Below are positions 27,917-42,200 of a stretch of DNA of 64,000 bases, one piece after another; position 1 is the first letter of the stretch, and the number at the start of each line of letters is the position of its first letter. This stretch comes from an uncultured Candidatus Saccharibacteria bacterium (lineage in GTDB: Bacteria > Patescibacteriota > WWE3 > 2-01-FULL-39-13). The notes under the pieces were generated by a model that was not told where the DNA came from, made no database searches, and saw only the letters and a list, made by a program, of their open reading frames with translations. The DNA is taken from contig OZ246395.1 in NCBI GenBank assembly GCA_965230915.1, forward strand, positions 140,019 through 204,018, given 5' to 3'. The position numbers and the translations under genes are program-made.

Positions 27917-29469
27917 AATGGGCCCACTTCCTGCACATATACCAGCCGGCAGACCAGCATCCAGGTATATTAGAAAAGATTGTTAATGAATCTTATCGAC
28001 CAATCTTACGAGGACTTATTAAAACCCCAGAATCACGAGTCACACTAAACATAAATGGCACCTTGGTGGAAAAGCTTTTTGAACACGGTTACAGAGATGT
28101 AATTGATGATATTAAAGCTTTAGTCGACCTTGGACGATTAGAACTAACAGGCTCTGCAAAATTCCATGCTTTTTTACCTTTATTACCAGAACACGAAGTC
28201 GAAAGGCAAATAAAACTTAACGAAGAAACAATGCGCAAATATTTTGGGGATAAGTTTGTAAAAAAAGGGTTTTTTAGTCCAGAAATGGGATATTCACCAA
28301 AAGTTGCCGCTGCTGTAGAAAAATTAGGATACCAATGGATGATTATCGACGAAGTTTCGATCTGTGAACCAGGTCAGACTTTAGAAGATCTTCATATGGA
28401 TAAAATTTACACAATTAAGGGAACAAATTTGAAAGCTTTTTTTAGAGAGAAGCAACCAAGCAACGTAATTATGGGAGCGTTAGTACGTTCAGCAGATTCG
28501 TTAAAGAAAGTTATGCAACGCAGATTAGAAAGTAATACTTATGTTGTAACAGCAATGGATGGGGAAACCTTTGGCCATCATAGACCTGGATTTGAAGAAT
28601 CTCTATTCGAAATTATTAGAGACCCAGCTTTTGACAATGCATTTATTAGTCAACTTCCCAATTATTTTAGTAATACTGTAGAAGTGGTGCCTAAAGATTC
28701 ATCTTGGGCATCGAGTGCAATAGATGTTGCGAATAATAATCCATATAACCTTTGGTTGCATCCCGATAATCAAATTCATACATACGAATGGGAACTAGTT
28801 GATCTTGCAATTAGGGTTGTGAACGGTTCGCAATATTCGGACGAAAAATATCCACACATGTTAGAGGAAGAAATGAGTTGGGAGGACATGACCGAAGATC
28901 AAAAGTATCACGAAGAAAGAAAACGCCAATGGGTTAGGGTCCGTGGGGCTCTAGACGCCGCTTTAAACAGCGATCCGATGTGGTGGGCTAGTGCAAGACC
29001 TTGGTGGAGTGTTGAGATGATTGAGAAAGGAATGAACGCTTTATACAAAGTGATAATGGAAACGCCGGATGCACATAGCGAAGATAAATCTCAAGCCGAG
29101 AATTTATATAAAAATATTTTATTTACAGCTCACGAATGGCAAAGAGCTGGAATGGTAGACAAAATGGCTGCAAATGATGCTGCTGAAAGAAGAATACCTC
29201 TATCGAAGCGCTTTGCAGCAGAGGGAACTTATGTTGCAATGCTCAAGGCGCTAAAAGATGAAGAAATGAATGCAGCTGCAAAGCGCGAATACGAACAAGC
29301 AATTAAGTGGAGAGACTCTCAATATAAGTTAGAAAGAGATTTAGATATTTATGATGCAGTTCATATTATCGATCTATTTAAGGCCGAAGGTGATTTTAAG
29401 AAGTTTGAAGAATATCTAAGCGAATATCGCAAAAAATATCGTGAGATATCAAAAGGGCAACCAGAATAA
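27913..29469 (+). CDS. glycoside hydrolase family 57 enzyme (putative alpha-glucan branching or processing enzyme)
   Basis: GH57 hallmarks: N-terminal HIYQP, TAMDGETFGHH containing the catalytic Glu, and a helical C-terminal domain. Start overlaps the glgA stop (ATGA). Confidence 0.65.
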   Translation: MKWAHFLHIYQPADQHPGILEKIVNESYRPILRGLIKTPESRVTLNINGTLVEKLFEHGYRDVIDDIKALVDLGRLELTGSAKFHAFLPLLPEHEVERQIKLNEETMRKYFGDKFVKKGFFSPEMGYSPKVAAAVEKLGYQWMIIDEVSICEPGQTLEDLHMDKIYTIKGTNLKAFFREKQPSNVIMGALVRSADSLKKVMQRRLESNTYVVTAMDGETFGHHRPGFEESLFEIIRDPAFDNAFISQLPNYFSNTVEVVPKDSSWASSAIDVANNNPYNLWLHPDNQIHTYEWELVDLAIRVVNGSQYSDEKYPHMLEEEMSWEDMTEDQKYHEERKRQWVRVRGALDAALNSDPMWWASARPWWSVEMIEKGMNALYKVIMETPDAHSEDKSQAENLYKNILFTAHEWQRAGMVDKMAANDAAERRIPLSKRFAAEGTYVAMLKALKDEEMNAAAKREYEQAIKWRDSQYKLERDLDIYDAVHIIDLFKAEGDFKKFEEYLSEYRKKYREISKGQPE

Positions 29470-29591
29470 TTAATTATTTTCTTGCCCATAATTAACAATA
29501 AAATTTTGACAACGTTTCGTAGGTAGCTTGAGACTACAGGCTCAAGCGTGAAGCCGGAGGTACGTCGGAAAAATTTTAATGTTAATAATGC

Positions 29592-31346
29592 ATGGATCCA
29601 AAAGTTAAAGCAATTTTAGATAAATATTCTCTTACAGAAACTGAAATAATCAGACAACCAGATAATGGAATGGTTCGTTCTTATGTTATTACAGCTAAAA
29701 GTGCACATGGAGCAGAATATACTGTTAAAGTTTTTACTTCTTCTGATATAACTGCAAAAAATCATTTTATAAATGAAATTCATAATATTCGAAGAATACG
29801 CTCTAAGGTTAAGTCAAAATTTAAAGATTGGGTTCCGAATATTAAATGGTTTTCACAAAATAACGAGTATCCATATTACATATATAAATATGTCGAAGGT
29901 GAAGCATTAGGACGTTTTATAAAAGATTATGGTATAAAGTGGGGCAGTTTTAGACACAAAAACTTCTATGAATTTTTGCAATTTTTTGATGAGATTCATA
30001 AATTGTCTGATGAATCACTAACACTTCCTAGCTGGGGATACCGTGTTGCCCGCAAAGAATTACAGTTCTATTTTGAAAATACGAGAAGGCTTCTTCCATC
30101 TGATACTTATGACAAAGTTATATCTTTTTTAGATGCAAACCAGAATAAAGCATTTAAATATAAGAATGTTTCACACCGGGATTTATATCCTGAAAATATT
30201 ATTTTAAAGCAGCCTGGCTCGCGTAAATTCTGTTTCTTAGATTGGGAATATATGAGCGAAGTGCCTATCGGATTCGACGCAGCATTTTTATATTTACTAT
30301 TTTGGCGCGAAGAATATTGGAAGGCCAAAGTAATGTCTTATTATTACAACAAATATAGCGAAGAGTCACAGAAACACTTATTAAATGCATTTAATCTATC
30401 ATTCAGACTTTGTTTAATGGTTCTTTCTATAAGATTTTTGTATCAGATTAATGCATTTTCAGATCGAGTGAGTTCCGATTACGAACATGCATATTTATCA
30501 TTTAGTTATGACCTTCAAGCTGCATTGTCAGGTGAAATCATAAAGCCTAAAAACATCAAGTTTTACCTAAGCTTAGAAGATATTCGTAAAGTTGCTGAAG
30601 AATACGGTATAAAAGATGTTAAAAATTATGAGGTGTTTTATGCAAGTAAAGGAAATACTGTTGCTAAAGTTGATACCAAATCAGGTTGCTATATTTTCAG
30701 ATTTTATTCTCAGTCAAGATCTACAACATTAATAAGTCGAGAGCTCGAAATATTTGAGAAACTAACAGACCGCGGTATTAAGACCTATGATGTACTAAGA
30801 ACTTTAAAAGGTGATATCTATTTGAAATATAAACTATATGGCAAGGTCCGCCGTATAGCTGTTTTAACATATATAAGCGGAAAGAAGATTCATCAGAAAT
30901 GGGCAAATGAAAAATCGGCTGTTGAAGTCGGTCATGTGCTGAAAAAGATTCATGACAGCAACATAATTCACGGGGATTTTAGCAAGGAAAACGTTTTATT
31001 TATAAGAAGCAAAGTAAGCGGAGTTATTGATTTTGAATGGGGGAGATTCACTACATCCTCGAGCGCTAAATTCAATGATATGGCAAAGGCAATCGCACTT
31101 TGGCTAATTGATGTTAGAAGCAAAAAATTAGACGAAGGTGTATTTGTTAAGGAGTTTTTAAAAGGATACTATGGACAATTCCCCCAAAAGGCAAAATTGG
31201 AAAAAATAAAGCTTGCCGTTATAAGTAAAGTTAACGAAGAGAGGGCAATATTCTTAACAACAATTGATAAAAATAGCAAAATGAGAAATTTAGGAAAGCG
31301 CTTCGACCATGCAATTAAGAAGGTCCAAGAAGTCGAGCCCGACTAA
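29592..31346 (+). CDS. protein with two tandem APH/choline-kinase-like phosphotransferase domains (putative sugar kinase, possibly maltokinase-like)
   Basis: Domain 1: HRDLYPENIIL...LDWEYM. Domain 2: IHGDFSKENVLF...IDFEWG. Both are Brenner-type catalytic motifs (HxDxxxxN plus DFE/DWE). Lies inside the alpha-glucan cluster. Confidence 0.45.
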   Translation: MDPKVKAILDKYSLTETEIIRQPDNGMVRSYVITAKSAHGAEYTVKVFTSSDITAKNHFINEIHNIRRIRSKVKSKFKDWVPNIKWFSQNNEYPYYIYKYVEGEALGRFIKDYGIKWGSFRHKNFYEFLQFFDEIHKLSDESLTLPSWGYRVARKELQFYFENTRRLLPSDTYDKVISFLDANQNKAFKYKNVSHRDLYPENIILKQPGSRKFCFLDWEYMSEVPIGFDAAFLYLLFWREEYWKAKVMSYYYNKYSEESQKHLLNAFNLSFRLCLMVLSIRFLYQINAFSDRVSSDYEHAYLSFSYDLQAALSGEIIKPKNIKFYLSLEDIRKVAEEYGIKDVKNYEVFYASKGNTVAKVDTKSGCYIFRFYSQSRSTTLISRELEIFEKLTDRGIKTYDVLRTLKGDIYLKYKLYGKVRRIAVLTYISGKKIHQKWANEKSAVEVGHVLKKIHDSNIIHGDFSKENVLFIRSKVSGVIDFEWGRFTTSSSAKFNDMAKAIALWLIDVRSKKLDEGVFVKEFLKGYYGQFPQKAKLEKIKLAVISKVNEERAIFLTTIDKNSKMRNLGKRFDHAIKKVQEVEPD

Positions 31347-31347
31347 G

Positions 31348-32829
31348 CTATAAAGCTAATACTTTGTTATATAGGTGAATATATTTCTTTGCGCTTTCTT
31401 TCCAAGAAAAGTCTTCCAGCATGCATGCTACAACCATCTTCTGCCATTTATTTTTATCATTAACATAGAGGTTTAATGCGTTTCTTAACGCTTCTAGCAT
31501 CGCATCTGTGCTTAGCTGTTCGTAAGTAAATCCTGTTTGATTGTTTTGTACTGTATCGTAAAGTCCTCCTGTTGCGCGTACAACTGGAACAGACCCATAT
31601 TTCATGGCGATCATCTGTGTTAGTCCGCATGGTTCAAATCTTGATGGGACCAAGAACATATCAGATGAAGCATAAATTCTACGTGCGGTTTCTTCTGAAA
31701 AAGTTATTAAGGCACGAATATTTCCCCTTAAATCACTCTCGTTATATTCTTTAAATTTAGTTTCAATAAACGGATCACCTGTACCTAACAAAACGACTTG
31801 GTATCCCATTTCTATTATTTGTCTAACTCCTTCTGCAACTAGGTCGAGTCCCTTTTGGTGTGCGAGACGGCTAACTAAACCAAGCAATGGGCGATCAGGA
31901 TTAATATCTAGGCCCAATTCTTCTTGTAACATACGCTTATTTTCGCTTTTGCCCTTTTTCCAGTCGACGGTTGTGTATTTGTTTAGAATAAAATTATCGT
32001 TTTGTGGATTAAATATCTCGTAACTTATTCCGTTTAGAACTCCGGTTAAGCGAGCACCACGTGCTTTAAGTATTTCTTCTAGGCCTTCGCCATACTCTGG
32101 AGTTTGGATTTCTTCTGCATATTTTTCTGACACCGTATTTACGAAGTCTGAACCGACAATTCCCTGTAGAACGAAGTCTAGGTTATCGTCTTGGGCGTCC
32201 CAACTCATGGTTCTGTCTTGAGAAATGTTTATGCCTAATTTTTCTCCAACTTCAAGACGGCTAAATCCTTGATAGGCAAGATTGTGAATTGTGAATATCG
32301 TTTTTACTGGTTTTTTTTGAATAAACTTACTTCTGCTTTGAATGATTTGTGGAACCATTCCGGTATGCCAGTCGTTACAGTGAATTATTTCAGGTTTAAA
32401 GCTGCCGATTTCTGCTTCTAGGCCTTCGGCAAATATATCAGCAATTGCCTTGCTAAAGAATGCGAAGCGTTCAATTTCTCCTTCTGGGCTAGGCATAAAT
32501 TCTGGAGAATAATAGATGCCTCCATTTGAAATATAATCTGCGTTTTCGATTAGGTAAATTGGAACCTGTGTGCCGGGCAACATAGTCAAATAAATATTTG
32601 TTAAAAGACTTTTGTCTCCATATGAAATTAATTTTTCAGCAATTTTTTGAGGATAATGACCGTTTTGTTCTGCTGCGAATTTTTCAGCAAGTGGTTTATA
32701 AAAAGGTATAGCGACTCTTACATCTATCCCAAGTTCAAATAATACAATTGGAAGGCTACCTATAACGTCTGCAATTCCTCCAACTTTAACTAAAGGTGCG
32801 CATTCGGAAGCGGTTATCAAAACTTTCAT
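31348..32829 (-). CDS. glgA: second glycogen synthase paralog, GT5 family
   Basis: MKVLITASECAPLVKVGGIADVIGSLP is the KVGGL motif. C-terminal PSRFEPCGLTQMIAMKYG. Confidence 0.85.
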   Translation of the reverse strand: MKVLITASECAPLVKVGGIADVIGSLPIVLFELGIDVRVAIPFYKPLAEKFAAEQNGHYPQKIAEKLISYGDKSLLTNIYLTMLPGTQVPIYLIENADYISNGGIYYSPEFMPSPEGEIERFAFFSKAIADIFAEGLEAEIGSFKPEIIHCNDWHTGMVPQIIQSRSKFIQKKPVKTIFTIHNLAYQGFSRLEVGEKLGINISQDRTMSWDAQDDNLDFVLQGIVGSDFVNTVSEKYAEEIQTPEYGEGLEEILKARGARLTGVLNGISYEIFNPQNDNFILNKYTTVDWKKGKSENKRMLQEELGLDINPDRPLLGLVSRLAHQKGLDLVAEGVRQIIEMGYQVVLLGTGDPFIETKFKEYNESDLRGNIRALITFSEETARRIYASSDMFLVPSRFEPCGLTQMIAMKYGSVPVVRATGGLYDTVQNNQTGFTYEQLSTDAMLEALRNALNLYVNDKNKWQKMVVACMLEDFSWKESAKKYIHLYNKVLAL

Positions 32830-32868
32830 TAAAACATTCTAAATGGATGTACGCTATAAGTATAGTAA

Positions 32869-33696
<828 letters not shown>

Positions 33697-33746
33697 GCGA
33701 AGCGAATATGTGGCTTTATAATTAATTAAATCTGTATAATAAATTT

Positions 33747-34376
33747 ATGGAATTTTCTTTAGATAGCTTTCAATACTTAGTAATCGCAGCAAATTTTATT
33801 ATTACTGCATTCTTAATCGGATATTCTATATATCTATACAGAATCGAAAGAGATCTTAGGCATAAATTTAGGAATGTTAATGCGAAAGCTGCAAAAATAG
33901 TCGAAGAAGCGAATAACAAAGCTATCCACATAATAAATCACTCAAAGTATGTTTCAGACGAAATGAGAAACAACGCAGATCAGAGTTTTCAAAAAGTTCT
34001 AGAAGATCTCGAGAGCGAAAATAAAGGATTTTATAAATCATTAGAGCAAGCTTATTTTGATAAATCAGAAGTTTTTGTAAAAGGAATTCAAGCCGAAACC
34101 GAAAAAGGCATAAACGATTTCTCACAAAAAATCGCGCAGACTACAACAGAAACCCAGGTCGCAATCGAAAAAAAGCTTGAAGCCGACTACGAAGAAGCTA
34201 AAAAGGATATAAATAAGTTTAAGGAAATTAAAAAGAAAGAGTTTGAAGAAAAATTAAAAGAGAAAATAGCTTCAATTTCTGCTTCTGTAATGCCCGACTA
34301 TTTGAAAATTGACGACCAAGAGAAGTTTGCTAAGGAAGTAATCGAGAAAGCTGCTTCTGAAGGTTTTTTCAATTAA
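33747..34376 (+). CDS. atpF: F-type ATP synthase subunit b-like (single TM helix plus long coiled coil)
   Basis: N-terminal TM (YLVIAANFIITAFLIGYSIYLY) followed by a charged, Ala/Glu/Lys-rich helical region. Position in the operon fits b. Confidence 0.6.
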   Translation: MEFSLDSFQYLVIAANFIITAFLIGYSIYLYRIERDLRHKFRNVNAKAAKIVEEANNKAIHIINHSKYVSDEMRNNADQSFQKVLEDLESENKGFYKSLEQAYFDKSEVFVKGIQAETEKGINDFSQKIAQTTTETQVAIEKKLEADYEEAKKDINKFKEIKKKEFEEKLKEKIASISASVMPDYLKIDDQEKFAKEVIEKAASEGFFN

Positions 34377-34396
34377 TTATTGATCAAAATAATACA

Positions 34397-34861
34397 ATGA
34401 GTACAAATCCTGCCAAAAATAAAATAGTTTTAACCTTTGATGATTTTTCTGTAATAAAAGATAAATTAGAAAACTTAAGATCTCAGGTTTATAAAACTGA
34501 TTTTAAATTTGAAGACTATCTAGATAAAAATTTCACTAAAGAACAAAAAGAATTTATTTCTAATGATGTTAATGTTACTGCTGACGCCGCCGCGTCAGAA
34601 AAATCTATTGATACATTCTTGAAAAATATTTCAAACGCAGAAACAATATTTGTTAAGGTACCTTTTGTTCCATCGGCTGGATTTATACAGTGGATTAAAG
34701 AATATTTGCAAGAAAAAACAGCAAACAACAACGATACATGTTTACTAATGAAAATCGACACGGATAAATCTTTGATTTCAGGTGCTCACATTGAATTTAG
34801 AGGCAAAATAAAAGATCAAACAGCTAAAAACGAAGTATTAAATATTTTTAAAGTATCTTGA
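34397..34861 (+). CDS. atpH: F-type ATP synthase subunit delta (OSCP)-like
   Basis: C-terminal ...LISGAHIEFRGKIKDQTAKNEVLNI resembles the delta C-terminal (I)GG..V..G...DGS motif. Stop overlaps the atpA start (ATGA). Confidence 0.55.
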   Translation: MSTNPAKNKIVLTFDDFSVIKDKLENLRSQVYKTDFKFEDYLDKNFTKEQKEFISNDVNVTADAAASEKSIDTFLKNISNAETIFVKVPFVPSAGFIQWIKEYLQEKTANNNDTCLLMKIDTDKSLISGAHIEFRGKIKDQTAKNEVLNIFKVS

Positions 34862-36354
34862 CCAATAGCATCCTAACTAATTTTGATAAATATATTGACC
34901 AGGTAAAAGAATATGGGGTTGTTGAACAAGTTCGACATCCAGTTGTTATTGCTTCCGGGCTTCCTGGCGCCAAAATTAACGAAATTATTGTTTTTGAAGA
35001 TAATTCAGTAGGTCAAGTCACATCATTAAATATAGATAGTGTCGAAATAACAACTTTCTCTGATGTTCCGATGAAATCAGGAATGCGAGCTACTAGAACA
35101 AATGACAAGTTATTCGTTTCGGTTGGTAACGAGCTATTAGGAAAGGTTATAGACCCTCTGGGGAACCTTTTATTTGGGAGTTTAGATAAGCAACCCGATA
35201 CAAAACGGGAGATCGATGTTGCTCCACCAAGAATAGATAAAAGAGCTCGTATTACTAAACAATTACAGACGGGAGTTAGTGTAATTGACTCTATGCTGCC
35301 TTTAGGTAAAGGCCAAAGAGAACTTGTGGTTGGTGATCGAAAGACTGGTAAGACTTCCTTTGTTTTTAATATTGCCAGAACAATCGCAGAAAGCAGTCCT
35401 AATGATATAGTTATTTATGCATCTATTGGAAAAGAGAGAAGTGAATCAAAAAGACTAAAAGAAATTTTCCAGAAACAGCTAGACGAAGGTAAGATTGTCA
35501 TAGTTGCATCGAGCTCAGATCAATCTCCAAGCTTAATAGATTTGACTCCATATTCAGCAATGACCCTCGCAGAATACTTTAGAGACCAGAGTAAAGATGT
35601 CCTAGTTGTATTTGATGACTTGAGTACTCATGCAAAGTTTTATCGCGAAATGGCGCTGCTTTCTAAGCGTTTTCCCGGGAGAGATTCATATCCAGGTGAC
35701 ATATTTTATAAGCACGCACGACTTTTAGAACGCGCTGGAAACTTTAAAGTTGCCGATGGCAAAGAAGCATCGATTACTTGTCTTCCGGTTGCCGAAACTC
35801 AGGATAGTACATTAACCGATTACATTACATCAAACTTAATCGGTATAACCGACGGGCACATTTTATTCGACATAGAAGCTTTTAATAAAGGTATGAGACC
35901 TGCCGTAGACATATTCTTATCTGTTACTCGTGTGGGTAAGCAGACTCAAACAAAGTTGACCCGTGAAATTACAGGGAACGCATTAAAACTTCTAAAAGTT
36001 TACAACGATACTTTGGCCTACCAGCACTTTGGGGCTGAGCTTAGTACGGACGTTAAGAAACTCATCGATAAAGGCGAGAAGATTTATAAATTTTTTGAAC
36101 AGAGCACAGACGTTTCGGTGCCGCCACAGTTGCAGGCATTATTTTTAACTTTATTAATCGAAGGAAATTTTAACAAAAGAAGAACCACGGATGTTTTAAG
36201 CTATAGGGCAACTATGCTCGAAAACTATAGGAATGATATAAATGTAAAAAACAAGATTGACGAATTATATGCTGCAAAAGCATATAAAGACTATGTTAGC
36301 GCCATAAATGCAGATCCGAATAGTATCTACAAATGGTTGGGCTTCTTAAAATGA
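34858..36354 (+). CDS. atpA: F1 ATP synthase alpha subunit
   Basis: Walker A GDRKTGKTSFV (alpha-type GDRQTGKT). Alpha-typical N-terminal beta-barrel and C-terminal helical domain. Confidence 0.9.
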   Translation: MTNSILTNFDKYIDQVKEYGVVEQVRHPVVIASGLPGAKINEIIVFEDNSVGQVTSLNIDSVEITTFSDVPMKSGMRATRTNDKLFVSVGNELLGKVIDPLGNLLFGSLDKQPDTKREIDVAPPRIDKRARITKQLQTGVSVIDSMLPLGKGQRELVVGDRKTGKTSFVFNIARTIAESSPNDIVIYASIGKERSESKRLKEIFQKQLDEGKIVIVASSSDQSPSLIDLTPYSAMTLAEYFRDQSKDVLVVFDDLSTHAKFYREMALLSKRFPGRDSYPGDIFYKHARLLERAGNFKVADGKEASITCLPVAETQDSTLTDYITSNLIGITDGHILFDIEAFNKGMRPAVDIFLSVTRVGKQTQTKLTREITGNALKLLKVYNDTLAYQHFGAELSTDVKKLIDKGEKIYKFFEQSTDVSVPPQLQALFLTLLIEGNFNKRRTTDVLSYRATMLENYRNDINVKNKIDELYAAKAYKDYVSAINADPNSIYKWLGFLK

Positions 36355-36397
36355 GTTTAGAGGCGTTTAAATTTTTCAAAAGGCAATTCCATGCCTT

Positions 36398-38687
<2,290 letters not shown>

Positions 38688-38709
38688 TAGGCCTTGTTTG
38701 TCATATTAT

Positions 38710-38982
38710 TTAAAGGGATTCTAGGCCGACAAGTATTTCTACTTCGTTTTTTACGCATTTTAAAATACCTTTCCCGATTCTAAGTTGGACTTTTTCATTG
38801 TGGTTGGTTTGGATTAGGATATTTCTCTTAATAATTGATATAAAGCTTTGATGGCCTGGTAGGACATCGAAGCGACCCTCCTCATTTTCCGATGAAACGG
38901 ACTTCGCAGAGCCTGAGTAGATCGTTTTTTCTGATTCTATAACTTTTACCTCTAGTTTTTGTGTTTTATCTTTGGTTTCCAT
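38710..38982 (-). CDS. atpC: ATP synthase epsilon-like protein (N-terminal beta-sandwich only, 90 aa), encoded on the opposite strand, convergent with atpD
   Basis: LEVKVIESEKTIYSGSAKSVSSENEEGRFDVLPGHQSFISIIK matches the epsilon N-terminal-domain pattern (…IVTPE..I..G....V.......G..GIL.GH.P…). The C-terminal helical hairpin is absent. Confidence 0.5.
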   Translation of the reverse strand: METKDKTQKLEVKVIESEKTIYSGSAKSVSSENEEGRFDVLPGHQSFISIIKRNILIQTNHNEKVQLRIGKGILKCVKNEVEILVGLESL

Positions 38983-39143
38983 TACTACTATTCTAAGGCT
39001 ATATCTTATTGGTGTCTATTTGAGGTGCATGGAGGTTTATCTATTTAGCTTCTGTCATAGTTCTTGAGCTGAAATTGAGTAAAAAAATTTTGGTTATGGG
39101 GTACTTTTTTAGTGCAAAAAACTCGCGAGAAAAAATTACACTA

Positions 39144-39172
39144 TTGCTATGCTTTCAAAGCTTTTGTATAAT
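39144..39172 (+). promoter_or_regulatory. putative sigma70-type promoter for the giant gene: TTGCTA, 17-nt spacer, TG-TATAAT
   Basis: -35-like ttgcta (39144-39149), 17-nt spacer, then tgTATAAT (-10 at 39167-39172), ~38 nt upstream of the ATG at 39210. Confidence 0.4.
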
Positions 39173-39209
39173 TTTCTCATCACGAGATTTTTAAAATTAA
39201 TCCCTGCCC

Positions 39210-42200
39210 ATGGATACAACGAATCTTGACAATTTAAGAGATGTTAATCGGTTAGTACCAACTGACGAGATTATTAAACTTGCCAAAGATAGTGGAGTTA
39301 AATTCGGTTTCGGAGATGCAAGAAATCGTATCAGATACTTCGTTAAAAATGGGCTTCTTCCTCATCAAGTCCGTAAAGTTTTAGACGGAAAAATTACACC
39401 TCATCTTCCATACTCTGCACTTGAGAGGCTAATTGAAATCCAGGATCTTCAAACTACTTTTAAATATACAATCCCTCAACTTATAGAGCATTTTAATGAC
39501 TCTAACGTAAAGCAAGAGCGTTCAAAGTTTGAAGGATCAACTCCACAACCTATTGATGTTCCTGAAGAAGAGATTGTCGATGAAACAGTAAGTTCCACCT
39601 CTAATACCCCAGTTGCTCCTAATTCCGTGATAGATGCAACAAATGCTGCATCAGCCAATAGCATAGGTTCTGGGGATAATAATTCCTCTGTTATAGAAGA
39701 AGTTAAGCCACAAAAAAATGGTGGTTTTCAACCAATCGTCGGTAGCGAAGCTAGTAAGTTAGAAGTTGCGAATGGGAAGGTAAATGTAGGAGATTTGGCA
39801 AATGATGAGTTAGAAAATAAGACAGCAAAAGAGGTTGCGACAAAGCATGTCGGTAAGTACGCCTTAATTGCAGCTGGATTTTTACTTCTATTAATAGGTG
39901 TCATATCTCCATCGTTAGTAAGTGGTAAAGGTATTAATTTAGGTTGGCTGAAGAACGGGTTAAGTGATAGTTTTGGATTTTTACAAGATAAGGTAAATAA
40001 TGATGAAAATGCTCCTGCTGCTTCGGGCAACTTGGCGCAAAATGTCACAGATAGCACACAGGTAAGCTCAAATACTAATACAACAAATACTCAGGCATCG
40101 GTTTCAATATTTGGAATAAATATTCCAGCATATTTTTCAAATACGACTACATTCGGATCAGATGTCAATTTTGAGGGAAACCTTAATATAGAAAACCAGG
40201 ATATCAATTTGGGAACCGGGTCAATTCTTGCCTCAAATATTATCTACACAATTACGGGTGGAAATGGAATGCAGGTTTCGGCTGGCCAAAACCCTGTAAT
40301 TACAAATACTGGTGTATTAAGTATAGGTGGAGAATCAGGTGACATTGAATTAGCGGCTGGTGAAGGTATTGAAGTTGATGGAACCCAAATTACTAATATA
40401 GGAGTCCTTAGCCTTGGTGGAGAAACAGGTGAGCTTGAATTATCTGCTGGTGCAGATATAGATATAAATGGTTTACAAGTTGCACTTCAACCGGTACTAG
40501 ATACGGTTGAACAGATAAATTTGCCTGCAGATTCTGCAACAGCTTTGAAATTTGGCGGTATTGGAATTGGCCAAGCTGGTACATCGGTTTCTACATCGGG
40601 AGCTTCTTTAATCGGAATATATGACAATTTAGTCAACAGCTCAGCATCGAATCTACAATTGGCAGTTTCGGATATCGATACAGCGATAGGTGATCGCGAT
40701 TATTCGTTCCCACATTACATATCAGACGGACAAACTGTGACAGAAAGTTTAGAAACTTTAGATTCAACAATTTGGGGAATAGTCGGAGGTTCGATTGTCT
40801 GGTTTGATGGGGGCAATTACGTTTATACATCTGATTCTGAATACTTGGGAAATCCAACTAGTGGAGGAGCTAATAAAGTTACTGGGCTTTTCCTAGAAGA
40901 TAATGCCCCTATAACTTTTGGTACAAGCAATAATTTTACTGCTGTATTTGATGGAACACAGTTCGCTATGACGGATGGTTCTAACATTTTTATGAGTTTA
41001 GTTGATAGTGGTGCAAGCGCGAATTTTGCAATTAACAGGGATGACTTATTTGTTGCTCATGACGGTAAGGTAGGTATTGGAACAACTGCCCCGAGTTCTG
41101 CTTTACACGTAATCGGAAGTGCCAATATAACCGGTCAATTAACCTTAGGCAATGTTCCAACTGTAGGCGCTACTTCAACTGTGTTAACAAGCAGCTCTGG
41201 AGTTATTTCAGCTATGGATGTAAGCAGTTGGGATCTTGATTCATCCGATGATGTAACCACATTTTTAGGGTTAACAGATACGCCTGCTTCATATGCAGGG
41301 GCTGCTAATTATTTTGTAAGAGTAAATGGTGGCGGTACTGCATTGCAATTTACTGATTTAAGTGCATGGGATCAGGATTCTTCAGATGATTTAACCGGTT
41401 CAGGTGTAGATAGGTTCATTCCACTTTGGAATTCTGCTTCAGACTTGGTAACGTCTATTTTATATCAGGAAAGTGTGACAAATAATGTCGGTATCGGTAC
41501 TACAGATCCTGAATATGCTCTAGATATCGTAGGCGATATCAATACTTCTACAGATTTATTCGTTAATAATATTGCATTAAGTTCAACCGGGGGAGCAGGT
41601 TTAATTGGGGTTGATAGTACCAACATTGCAAATTCTTCAGCCACTATATTGCAAGATGTTTTAGAGGACCTAGACGCTTCTATCCAAAGCGGCTCACATG
41701 ATCCATTAACTTTAGCTGGCTCTTATGATTACTTAACATTAGATGGTCCGAATCAAGTTCTTACTCTAAATCAGATTGATTTAACAACAGGTACCGGAGA
41801 TGTAACTGGTTTATTAGGCGTGACAAATGGTGGTTTAGGCGCAAATGTATCAGCAGCTGGGGCTGGAGAATTGTTATTCTCGACTTCAACAACTGCTTAC
41901 GATTCTTTAAGTGCCGGATCTTCGAATCAGATTTTATTATCGAATGGAGCAGCTTCTCCTAGCTGGGTTAACTTAAGTACTTTGATTTCAGGGGGGGATG
42001 ATATTAGTGTGACCGGAACTACGTCCTTAACAGTTGCTTTGGAGGATAATATAGATCTTATTTCAGTAAATGCTGCCAGTGATGCGGGTATTAGCTTTTA
42101 TGATAATGGTAGCAACTTAGGTATGTTTATCGAGGATGGTGGTCAGATTGGTGTTGGTAGAACAAATCCTGAATACACATTAGATGTATCTGATACAGGA

